Position numbers and translations under genes: made by a program. The notes below the pieces were generated by a model. It searched no databases. It was not told where the DNA came from and saw nothing but the letters and a program-made list of their open reading frames with translations. A stretch of DNA of 61,329 nt, counting the filler, from Asterionella formosa (Eukaryota): NCBI GenBank assembly GCA_002256025.1. It is 7 parts of 7 records of this genome, joined end to end, with 100 filler letters (N's around TTAATTAATTAA, not from the genome) between each part and the next. Parts side by side here need not be neighbours in the genome. Positions count along the whole stretch, not along the records: positions 1 to 8,696 come from NKIB01011811.1; positions 8,797 to 17,476 come from NKIB01011812.1; 5 more parts are not named here. The stretch is one strand, 5' to 3'. Positions within the stretch are counted from its first letter, which is position 1; the number at the start of each line of letters is the position of its first letter. Below are positions 1 through 10,700 of this stretch, piece by piece.

Positions 1-197
1 ATCCAAGGGAAAATGCATTGCTTAGCTGATACTGTCCTAGAAATAGCACCATAAGGCATTTTTCCACCATTGTTAGCCTTCTTAGCTTCTAGCTCCCTAA
101 TCACATTGTTAAGACAAATCTGAACACTGACCAACTCTTCAGGAGACAATTTCTTTCGAGGCAAGACATTGCCTTGTCGAGGCACTTTCGAGGTCAT
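1..197 (-). CDS. N-terminus of a pogo/Tc1-mariner-like DDE transposase, running off the window edge
   Basis: ATG at 197 opens MTSKVPRQGNVLPRKKLSPEELVSVQICLNNVIRELEAKKANNGGKMPYGAISRTVSAKQCIFPW to base 1. Homologous to the decayed transposase start at ~4070-4170 (IRELEAIKAN..NNGGKM) and lies inside a TIR end at 705. Confidence 0.55.
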   Translation of the reverse strand, partial: MTSKVPRQGNVLPRKKLSPEELVSVQICLNNVIRELEAKKANNGGKMPYGAISRTVSAKQCIFPW

Positions 198-705
198 GAT
201 GTTGGTATTGTGATGGGTGATGGGTGACTGTTGTGTGTTTGCATTTAATTTTTGTACTCATAATTCGGGCGCGCCAGGAATTCCTATTTGACGTTTTCCA
301 TTACTGAATTTATCTCTTTATTATTGCGCACGAGCGAAAGCGCAATGACGTCGTAGCCATATTAAATAAATTTTAGAGGATACTAAATTAGTTTTCTAGC
401 TGAGGAATATTATTATATCTGTATACGTATATAAATGTGATGCTTGCTCAATCGAGTAAACGTGAATATATCCAATTTTCGCAATTTCACGTCGACAGCA
501 ACCTTTGGGCGATAATACCTAATTAACAATGTACACAATGCAACAATACAAGTACGGAAGTATTTACTCGCAGTATAAATCTGCACTCGTTCGTGACAAT
601 AAATAGCGTATCTTTTAAAATAAGTTCAAAGCGTGCGTTTACTCCGTTTAGCGGTGGCTTACAGTTCAAAAGTGGCCGTAGTGGTGGCTTACAGTTTTTA
701 AGTGG
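1..705 (-). mobile_element. One end of a TA-flanked TIR DNA transposon (pogo/Tc1-mariner-like)
   Basis: Terminus ...CAGTTTTTAAGTGG followed by TA (706-707). 420-705 aligns with 1830-2119 of the complete MITE. Carries the transposase 5' end. Confidence 0.6.
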
Positions 706-1064
706 TATGTACTCCCTACCTGTTATACCCGTAATCATACATAACGCAATTTGCATGATGATGCTGTGCGCCTAAATAATTTGCCATCTCCGCAGAAGTC
801 AATATCAAGACAAGATATACTATATTGTCGCAAATGAGGTGAAGGTTCAAATCATTATATTGATCGTCGTATATCATATGATGCGGTGACTTCTAAACTT
901 ACCCTAATCCGTGTTCTCTATGGTTTTTCAGTCGATCGACCATTTCAGGCAATCTATCGAGATGAACAACTTGCTCCAAATCTCAAACTAATTACATGGC
1001 TGACTAGCCTATATGCTCGGGAAGGAGCCAGAACTCTCAAAATCTATATTTATTTAAGTTTTGA

Positions 1065-1145
1065 TTGCAAAACGTGTTATTCTGCGTTCAATGGGTCACG
1101 GCAGTTCAAAAATATTCTCAATGGGTCATGGCAGTCTTTTACTGG
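1065..1145. mobile_element. Terminus of a second related TIR subfamily
   Basis: Same architecture (motif-CAGTTCAAAA..motif-CAGT..TGG|TA) with TCAATGGGTCAYGG repeated 30 bp apart; followed by TA at 1146-1147. Confidence 0.5.
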
Positions 1146-1147
1146 TA

Positions 1148-2119
1148 CCACCTAATAACTGAGAGTCAACGTGACAGTATTCCTTCTTTCGATTAAAGTT
1201 ATCAAAGTTTCTTAAAAGATAAAATTCGAACCAAGTACTAACTTTTTTGTGGTAGTCGATAAAACTGGGATAGCTATCACTTAATCAGTTCTAAAGTAGA
1301 ACATGCAGTTATGCAGATCTAAGCCATAAGTTTACCCGTTTTGACTCATAACGTTGACTCTCAGTAAATATTTTTTATTATACATGTATATTTTTTACCC
1401 CCAAACCGTGTCTTTTTTAACTCGATTGTTACCACCAAAACTATTTTCTACTACTTTTGTTGATCCTATAATTAGAGGTACCAGCTACCGGTGCCAGGTA
1501 CTAGGTACCAGGTACCAGGTACCTGATACCAGGGTTTTAAGTGCCGATCATCACAGCATATTCGTCAAGTGTTCGTTCGGACCTCGCATATCAATCACTT
1601 TAAGTTCTCATCTGTCCAGTGGTCCTCATCTTGTTTCAATTCATTTCACAGGTGATTTTTGTGATTTCACGACAAAACCTCATTCAGGTAGTCACGTCGA
1701 GAGGTCACAGCTGATGTTCTCCATTTAGGTAGCAGAGAATGCAAAATGATGTTCTTATATATTTTACTGTAGCAAAAAGATCTATTTTGACACTAAATGA
1801 ATCTAACAACAGAAATACTTTCTAATACCTGTATACATATATATAATGTGATGCCAGCTGAATGGAGTAAAAACTAATTTAGCTTTTTAATTCCATTTCT
1901 TGTCAACAGCAACCTTTGGGACCAAATACAGAAGTAACGCTAGCTAACTGACGAGTTCGACGCACGATCAGTATTGGTTGGTACATAAATCGCTACAAGA
2001 TTGCTTGAATAAAATTATGTTCGTATCTAGCATATTTATCCCAAAACGTGAATTTACTCGATTTAATGTTGACTCTCAGTTCAAAATCTTTCAAACGTTG
2101 ACTCTCAGTTTTTAGGTGG
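1148..2119. mobile_element. Complete ~970-bp non-autonomous TIR element (MITE-like) with TA duplication
   Basis: TA|CCACCTAATAACTGAGAGTCAACGT ... ACGTTGACTCTCAGTTTTTAGGTGG|TA (24/25 inverted match); no credible ORF. Confidence 0.8.
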
Positions 2120-2329
2120 TACCGGTAGCAAGGGAATACAATGAACCAGGAAAGTAGAGGTTATGGAAGAGTGCAGAAGCAGATGAACAACAATGCAAGG
2201 TTTCAGGGTAAAAATACCTCAATTCATTGAATCAGCTTTCAAATGAAGCCACACAGTCGAACCCAAGCTGTGCAAAATTTAGTCTATAGATAAAATTCAC
2301 CCGCTCAAAGTCCCACCCATGGCTAAAGT

Positions 2330-4180
2330 GTCTTAAACTCTACTGGCTGCAGCTATGAGGCGCTGTATGGAACACCAATACAGACATTCTAATTGTGCTC
2401 AGGATTATTGATGTATTCAAGAAACAAATCAAAGCGGCTCCTGGTGGGTCCCCAGAGTGGTGCCATGCAAATATTCCGGTTTTGTCAATGTGGGCACCAA
2501 GAATTCCAACAAGCACTACTAGCTCTCGTCGTGATACTTCCATTTACAGACCAAGGCACAACATTATGAAGGTAAGTTGACTCCATCAACTGTGCACACG
2601 ACTGCTAGTCCTTGTGGGTAACTTTTGTTCCTTCCACTGTTTGCAAACAAGTTGTTTTCATCTCTCACTCACTCTGCAAATGGATCAAGATCAAGTAACC
2701 ATTCATTGTAGAGAGTCTAAGCAGCAAAAATGAAAGCAGCACACATGATTGGATTACCAGTTACAGCTGTAAACCCAAGAACGGTAAAGTGTGCATCTTT
2801 ATGTGCCAACCTTTGCTGTGTTGCTCAACTTTCCCGCAGAAAAACTCTCCACATTGCCATCTTTAGTTTAAAACATATAAATTAAGATTTCAGGCAAAGA
2901 AATTCCCCAAAAGTAGGCATAAATACATCACTTTAGACATGATAAATTCGGAAAAGTGCTGCAAACGGTAGTGTCTTCGATGAATATCCTTGTACACTTG
3001 CTCAGATGTTGCTTCAACATTATTGTAAGTGCAGCAATCGGCTCACTTGCTTTCAAATTTGACACCTCATTAAGCGGTCACTAATTCTTTGTTCCTTGTT
3101 ATGAATCCTCTCCAGTTTACTATCATTCAAACTTTCAGATTTTCGTCATTTAATCGGTATGCAGAAGAATGTGTTTGTCTCCATGCATTGACACGCACTG
3201 TCTCCTATTTTGGTTCCAGACGAGTTGGCAAGTTGGAGACCATCACTGAAAGTTATAGGATTTCGCATTCGGGCAAGTTGATGAATTAGTTCCACTCTGC
3301 ACGGTTCAATTGTGAGCATAAGGCTTACCCTTCCATGTTGGTGCTCTTTTTTGTGAGACCGTGTTGACAATTGTGCTTCTATTCATGCAATTTTCTTCTG
3401 GTAGGAGTCCATCTCTTGCCTTCGCTTCTGATATGATCATCGCAATTATTTCATTTTGCAATCGACTGTTGGCATTTTTGAAATTGTCTTGAGCAAAAAG
3501 CATACAAACCATATATTTCCCTCATGGAAAATTCATGTCATTGCCCGACATCTCATACAGCAGCTGCGGTAGCACCTTTTGGTCTTGTTCCTCCAGTCAT
3601 TTTGTTTTTTTATTAACACTGCCTTCTACATCTGCTCTTCTAATCTCTCCCGCACCAAAATTCCCACAGGTATGTTCAACATTGTGTGTGTCATTCTGCT
3701 CTGTGCTTGTCAGCTCATTAAGCTGGCTATCAAATGATATCTCAACACCACCACAACTCTCCTCCTCATCCTCCACCTCCTCTGGTGTGTTTGAAATAAA
3801 TTAAAATAAATCAATTGATGGATTGATCGCTGGCGCTACGGGTGGGGAAACATATGTGGTGATGGCAGGGGCAAGATTCCTACTAGGAGCATTGAAGTCA
3901 ATGTTCAAGATTGTGAAAATGGAAGCAAAAGTCAGCAGTGAGGATAAGGCAACAGTATTACCCACACAGCAGCTGAGAACATGGTCAACGAAGCAGTACT
4001 AGAGTATATTTCATAAAGTAATTTCTTTATCTTCTTCATCTGGTCCTTGACATGGTTGATTGAACAAGCCATGGTGGGAGCAACCTATTCCTAGCCTCCA
4101 CCACTTTAGAAATAGCATTTTACCTCCATTGTTAGTTAGCCTTGATAGCTTCTAACTCTCGAATTTCATTCTTGAGGTTT
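2330..4180 (-). pseudogene. Decayed pogo-like (DDE_1/CENP-B type) transposase
   Basis: Frameshifted minus-strand fragments in the expected order: NNGGKM; MLTIEPCRVELIHQLARMRNPITFSDGLQLANS; WRGFITRNKELV; DAHFTVLGFTAVTGNPIMCA; NGSIT; SRFDLFLEYINNPEHN*NVCIGVPY. Recognised by eye as the stramenopile pogo-like family. Confidence 0.65.
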
Positions 4181-4404
4181 AGATGTTAAATTTCAGTTTC
4201 ATGAGAAGTTAGATGTAGTGTTCCTTGGTCCGCGAATAATTATATATTGTGAGAGTTATATGTTGGATTTGTTGGCATGTTTCTACATCATGCATACCAG
4301 CCACAGTGCTAGTTTACTAGTAATTTATACACTATCATTCCAGTGCCAGGTACTACGAACGTACCCGAAAAATAATCAACTTTCAGCGCAACCTTTTATG
4401 GCCA

Positions 4405-4680
4405 TACATATAGTTGTAGCTGTGTACTGCACTGGTAATTAACTAGCCCCTTCGACAAAGCTCGCGATGTAGATATACTTGAATACAGGGTAGACTGGGT
4501 ACCTGGTACCAGGTACCGGTACATATAGTCGTAGCTTTGTTGTGCACTGGCACCTTCGACAAAAAAGCTATGTAGCGATGTAGCGGTACTCGTTTGGACT
4601 GGGTAACAGGTACCTGGTACATTAAGTCGTCGCTACGTAGTGCAGTGGTAGTTAACTAGCACCTTCGACAAAGCTCAGTA
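4405..4680. repeat. Degenerate minisatellite, ~2.5 units of ~100-115 bp
   Basis: Units start ACATATAGTYGTAGCT (~4406, ~4521, ~4619), each containing TGCACTGG..CCTTCGACAAA; the first two end in GGTACCTGGTAC. Confidence 0.75.
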
Positions 4681-4904
4681 TATACTGCCTTGTATAGAGT
4701 GGGTAATACCATCACCTCTAATAGCTTTGTCATGAAATGAAATCCCTTGTTGTACCTCCCCAGTTTTCTAGTCATATGCATGTTAACATGCAAACCATGA
4801 AACTACTAGGAGATAAAATAGTTAATAACGATTGAGGTACTAAACAAGCAACGTAAATACTCAAGACATTGCAAATTTTAAAATTTCAATGAAATTATCT
4901 AAAC

Positions 4905-5197
4905 ACACAGTAGTGAATGCCCACCAGTGCAAAAATCTTTCATCAGACGCATGAGTATGTATGTCACTGTTTGGTCTTGGCCATATGGCTCATAAATTCG
5001 GTCTATTGCTGTGATTGCAGGAGTATCACCAGCACAAACTAGCATTGCAACTGTCTCCCACAGAATTTTGCACCAGCAGTAAATAAATTTCAGTCTACTC
5101 CTTTTAACCCTTGTAAATAGCCTTGCTGGCTTTTTCCCTCCAATCCCAACCTCCCATTCCTGTCAAAGAACAACAAGCATCTTTGGTGTCTTAGCTA
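4905..5197 (-). pseudogene. C-terminal domain remnant of a Crypton-type tyrosine-recombinase transposon protein
   Basis: AKTPKMLVVL*QEWEVGIGGKKPARLFTRVKRSRLKFIYCWCKILWETVAMLVCAGDTPAITAIDRIYEPYGQDQTVTYILMRLMKDFCTGGH matches the WQEWEFGIGGxKPAxLFT..AIDRIY..YG..GGH pattern of oomycete/diatom Cryptons. Confidence 0.6.
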
Positions 5198-5649
5198 CTA
5201 CTATTGTACTAGACTGGATCAACAGCCATTTTACTTTCCAAATCGTTTTATTTTGGGTTAAAGTACTGAAAGACTATTTAGGTTTAAGCAAATGATGGAA
5301 TCTAATTTAATCAAGACAACTTTAAGCAATATTTTTCTTAAACTTTGTAGATAAGCATGCACAGTCCTTAATTCATATGTAGATGACTGCATGTGTCACT
5401 ACAGAAGGAAAGAGATTTACCAGCATTAGTCTACTGGTACTAAGTCGACAATATGCTGGTAATAACAGTGAATCACTATGTGTAGCATTATTTCATAATG
5501 ATGTTCTGTACTCCTTTAAGCACTCGCATGTATGCTGCATGAAGGGGCTGTCAAACATTAACTATAGGGTATTACTAGTAGTAGTTTTGACAGCATATTT
5601 GACATTTGTCAGCTTTCACATGCCAATTCGTAATCAATCAATTCTCAGT

Positions 5650-6000
5650 AGATAAATAACTTATTAAACATCTGTTGCTCCAATTATTCTTGTTATCGAC
5701 GTAGTCGTAGTCTTATTTGTTGAGTAATTACTGTAAAAGTGTCAAAGATCCTTGCAACATGTCATTTAAAAAATGGTGCATCACTGATTTACATGAAAAA
5801 ACGTGCCATCAGCGTCTTCAGTTTTCGTTGTCAATATCAGTGTAATTAGCCTAATTGTTTTGATTGTATTGTCGATGATGTCATTATTGTACATACCAAA
5901 TAGCAAAGCGTCGTTCTGATTTTCATTAAGTTATTTTTTATCTTTGTCATGGTCAAGGCTGAGACAACATTATGCAATATTCGCTCTCCAGCCATTCAGA
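5650..6000 (-). repeat. Old unclassified interspersed repeat (other copies ~11600-11830 and ~56080-56420, + strand)
   Basis: Shared blocks such as CAAAACGACG..CAGAT(T/G)TGACA..CAGT..AAGAC..ACTA..ACAA and A(A/T)GACGCTTTGCTATT among the three loci. Confidence 0.5.
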
Positions 6001-6852
6001 ATGACTACACTGTAGTGTATTAAATATAGAAAAAGCATAATCTAAGCTAAATAATTACATTCTAGTGCCTATGTGGGCTACCTCAGGTACCCTGTACATG
6101 AATCCATCAAAAGGTGTATGATATATTGCATGTTTCATGGGCAATACATTGCTTACTTCACCTTATGTTTACCGGTATGTTGTATCATCATGATTGACTA
6201 CAGTGTTATGTTGGTATGCGGCTGTGATGGCATTTGGGTTGAAATGATGACATCACACATCAAGGGAAACTGATACTTTCATCAAAACTGTCAAACATTA
6301 AGCAAATCCTAGCTACTATGGTACCAACTGGCAGAATAAGTAAAAAGATCCTAGGTCTCAATATTGTAGGCTAAATCAGATTAAAGTTACAGTCAATTCC
6401 AAACAACCAGGTGGTCAGGTGGTTCATTAAATGAAAAATCAAAAGAGATACACATGAATCAATTTGGAATTGGAATCACTATTGCCAGCACGATGACATA
6501 AGTAGCAAAAGTTTGGATACTGCTCGTATAGCAAAATTACCGCAACTTGCCAGTAAGCGGAGTACCAGGTACTTTGTACCACCATCTTGCTTCATGTGCA
6601 TATTTTTATGCATCATCACGCACATCCCGGACTTTCGACGACTAATCAGAGTTGATTTTTTCAACCAAAAAGGGAGTACAAAATCAACCGTCAATGCAAC
6701 TGGGTTGATTTTTTCTTTGTTGTACAATACTGTATTTTCTCGTGATCAAGTACGGACCATCCGCAGTAGAACGATGCTTGAGGCCTACAGAAAAATACAA
6801 CCTGGGTTGATTTTTACAAGTAATACCATGGTATAATAAATAGCATAATATA

Positions 6853-7501
6853 TTGAAACCCTAGGCAAAAATTTATATAATGCTTAGGGTTGCCAAAATT
6901 CCCTGGAATTAAGAATTTAATTACCTATTTTTGAATGACGTGATTCCATTTGAAATATTTAAATTACTGGAAATGTGCGAATACATACATAGATTCCTTA
7001 TCCAATGTGGCCGGCGTGGGTTTGCAAGACCTCGCAAACCAGGCCAATCGAACAGACGAATGTAATTCACGTTCACCAATCATATTATATATCTGGAAGC
7101 GGGCACTTACAATGGAACTTTTTGGACAGGAGATTTTAGGACTAAAAATTCCGGCACACCAATACCATTCAGATGATGACGTTTCGGCAAATAATAATTC
7201 TGATTCCGATATTTTGGTGACCGTAGAAAAGGCCGATTTTGTCGAGTTTTTGGACGACGATAGCTAAACGTTGGCTGGGTCTAACGGCAATTTAGATACA
7301 TGGGTAACTTTCAAATAGCATCAGTATATAACTTCTGGCGCGAAGACTGAATGTAAGCATATGGAAAGGGTGTGTATTGGTGAAAGCTCCGTTGAGCGTT
7401 ATACATATTTAATTTGTATGTGGAAAGTATGTGTTTGATTAGTCTGACTCAATATTAATTTATAAACCCTACCTCGAGCTAGGGGTTCAAATGCAGCAAC
7501 C
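6853..7501 (+). mobile_element. Non-autonomous GGTTGC-ended TIR element, internally deleted copy
   Basis: Near-identical to 38980-40175. Right end CTAGGGGTTCAAATGCAGCAACC|TTAA is the inverse of that copy's left end TTAA|GGTTGCTGGATTTGAAACCCTAG. Confidence 0.75.
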
Positions 7502-7739
7502 TTAAACAACTCGAAAAAAAACGAATTATTATGGCGCACAACTTGATCGCTATGGCGTGAAAATGCCATGGTAGTACTGATGTCGAAAAGTCTTGAAACA
7601 AGCTAATTATTTATATAGCTTCAGCTTTTTCCATGATGTGTTGAAAAAGCCACCATGCAGGTTCATATTGAGTAAAACTGATTTGGACCAAAAAATCGAC
7701 ATCCAATTTTGGGCCACTATAAACAGACAGATTTAATAC

Positions 7740-8040
7740 ATAGAGATGGTAAAATAAGCATCAAACACACGAGAATGGTTGTAGCATGCGATATCAATGA
7801 AAATTGAACATGATGATTGGAGCAACAAAAGTATGTTATGCAATGTAATAAGTAGTGTCAAATGACAAATAAAAAATATTGTTTTGGGTTACAAGAAATA
7901 AAGTAAAAGCTACACAGGCAACATTGCCTTTCCATAACACAATCGAAGAGTGAAATAAAACAGAAACAAGAAAAAAGCTGGACCCAATTGAGATCTGTAT
8001 GGTTATGTAGGGTCGAATAGCTGATTGCTGCAAGAACCAC
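7740..8040 (+). mobile_element. Internal fragment of the CGAG-hairpin element
   Basis: Aligns with ~48105-48235 (+) and ~53190-53520 (-). Confidence 0.7.
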
Positions 8041-8059
8041 GTCTGTAAATTAAAACTTT

Positions 8060-8280
8060 TACCAAGCTTGAATTATGATGAGACTCTCATAGTTATAATA
8101 CCATTGCATCATATAATTAGTTAAACATGGTCATATGATGTGTATACTTTTGTCATACATCTATCTTAGCATGATCGTAATTCTCATCGATATCACTGTC
8201 AAAAATAGGATGAAATTGATCGACATTTAGAACTATATTTAGCTAAGAATGGTTCTATGATTCTATCATATCTTAAGTGG
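8060..8280. repeat. Unclassified interspersed repeat, inverted homolog at ~26360-26560
   Basis: ATCTATC..AGCATGATCGTAATTCT..CAAAAATAGGATGAAATTGATCG matches the reverse complement of ~26395-26462. Confidence 0.5.
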
Positions 8281-8696
8281 CTACAGAATTTTCTACAATG
8301 CTCTCATCGCAATGATTGTTGGTGCCGCTTTAACTTCCACCTCCCCCTCCCTCAATCCAATTCTGAAGGTTGTTGTACTGGTTGCCTTGCCGTTGTTCCC
8401 CTGCTTGCTTTGTTCCATTTACTCCTGAGGGTTGTTCTGAGTTTGCATTCACGCATTTTCCTATTACTATTTAATCCGTTTCGTTGTCCCAATCATACTA
8501 ACAAAGAGAAGCAATTCATTGTTAGCTGTTCATGTTTTGCTTACACAACAACATTCATTTCGCTTCTATCTTCACTTACCACAAATTGAGGAAGTAACTG
8601 ATGCATATTTCTGTAGAAGAATGTGTCAATCGAAGATTGAATGAGAAGCAAAGTATCGATCAATAAATGGGCTCCAACACTGCTGTTTGTAACTTA

Positions 8697-8796
8697 NNNN
8701 NNNNNNNNNNNNNNNNNNNNNNNNNNNNNNNNNNNNNNNNTTAATTAATTAANNNNNNNNNNNNNNNNNNNNNNNNNNNNNNNNNNNNNNNNNNNN
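8697..8796. other. Artificial scaffold linker
   Basis: 100 bp: N run + TTAATTAATTAA (stops in six frames) + N run. Confidence 0.97.
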
Positions 8797-9257
8797 CCCT
8801 TGGCTTGAAACTTGCCCTTGGCTTGAGCCTTCTTGGTAAACTTTCCTTTGCCACTCATGATGCGCCTTGTACGACTTCTTCAGACTCTGGATGGTCTGGT
8901 ACCCTCATATCTTGTCTCCGGACTCTCAATGGTCTACCTGTTATTGATTGTGATATCACGGCTCTTCCTGGCCGGCTAATTCTATTAAAACTGTTGAAAT
9001 TGCGTCCCGAAGCACTCTATACTTTCTTGTATCCTGTAAGGACACGTCAGGGACCAAATAGGCTGTAGATATGAACAATGATGTCTCCGTAATCGATTGT
9101 AATCGTTCCTAAGAGATTTAATAGAAATATGGGTTTTTACTGTTGACGTAGATTGTTTTCGAATTCTCTGGTACCATATTCTTTCTTGATTCATTCGATT
9201 CAATATGTAGTAGGTAATTTATACCGGGATTTTCTTTCCTAAAATATTTTCTCCAAC

Positions 9258-10152
9258 ATCGGGCATACATTACGTAAAATCAATCAATATGTGAACGATC
9301 TAATTTAACATTCTGGTCTCGTAAAAACAATACCAAGTCTACAGATAAAATTTTATAATGTGTTCAAAGTAAGTGTTAATGTTTAGCGTAAACCATGCAT
9401 GGTTGTTTTCAGTACCACGTACGTAGTATGTAGGCATTGTTAAGACCAAATAATCACATGCATAACCGGAGGAAAAACTTGCCGCCAACATCAGATGTAT
9501 TGCTATCATCGTTTGTCGGACGAAATATGGACGATGCAACTACATGGACGATGCGACTAAATGAATACCTCGAGAAGACAAGCAATCCAACAACCAACCG
9601 CACCCATTAGACAACAAATCGCTACTGGTGTCATCACTGAACTGATTTCGCTTCAAACCGGTCGTGATGGACGACGATCGACATGGTGAAAGGCTAATTG
9701 ACAGAGTCCACTCTTCAGGAGACAAACAAAAACGAGGTGAATTCTAGATATAAATTATTCAAATCTGTATATAAAGTGGTTTCTTTAAGTAGACCCTTGC
9801 CAATTTCGGCAATCCCAGGGCTGGAAAACCGAGGGGCAATTGGCGTCTATTGTCTTGCCAAAATGCGAACATATGAAATATACAAAATATATTTTAATGA
9901 TGGGTAATATCGGAACTTTGGGAATTTTCGAGGTGAAGACAGGAAATATATGAAATACACTTTGTATGATGGGCCATAGTAAGATAAAATTGACATTTAT
10001 GCTTTATTTGTGGGCAGTAGGTAAGCGAATGACGCGACGATAGTAGCTAGAGCGGGAATTGCCTCAACAATACCCTTCTCGGTGGCTACTTGCCTTCTCG
10101 TATACATGTGTACTCGCAGGCAAGAGACCACCTCGGGCGTGTATTGCCTTCA
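9258..10152 (+). mobile_element. CGAG-hairpin element, left-truncated copy with collapsed terminal hairpin
   Basis: Colinear with the reverse complement of 33661-34650; ends GTATTGCCTTCA; inner ~100 nt of the hairpin is missing. Confidence 0.85.
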
Positions 10153-10264
10153 GCAAAGCCGCAAGTTGCAGTACTACCTGGTACCGAAAATTATTGGGTG
10201 TTTGGTTCCACGTCGAGAAAAAAGTACAGGGGGGTCCAGGACAATGAAGTATACGGTAGTATAC

Positions 10265-10700
10265 TGAAGGTAAGACACGACCGAGGGTGGAGACTGACTG
10301 CGAGTATTCTTGTGTTCGAGGCTTGGGAGGCCCTCGCAGGTTGACCTTCTCGCAGCGCCGGGAAGCCGAGTACACAAGATTACGAGTAGGCAGACTCCTC
10401 CCGAGTAGGGTCTTACCTAGGCAATTCACAAACTAGCTATTGGCGCGCTTTTCGCCACTACATTGCCCTTTCAGTTAACATTGAAAACATATTTTGCATA
10501 GTTTGTATGTTGGATGCGAACTAGCCAATTGCCCTTCATCTAAATTATATATTGAAAATTTCATGTCTACAGTTTTTGGATTACTCAATCCTGCAATCGC
10601 CCATCATATAAAGCATATTTTGTATATTTCATATGCTCTGTTTTTTTGACTGCCAAGCTACCTTCAATATTTTCAATAGCCCCTAGATTCATGTAAAACC
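10265..10700 (-). mobile_element. Divergent subfamily copy of the CGAG-hairpin element (right end)
   Basis: Starts TGAAGG; hairpin 10270-10416 with three symmetric CGAG pairs; then GCAATTCACAAACTAGCTAT sub-TIR and GCCC(A/T)TCAT repeats as in other copies. Confidence 0.75.

Noticed and set aside
8797..8858. MSGKGK.. as a histone N-terminus
   Set aside because: Sequence after the first six residues does not follow H4 or H2A; fragment ends at the linker.
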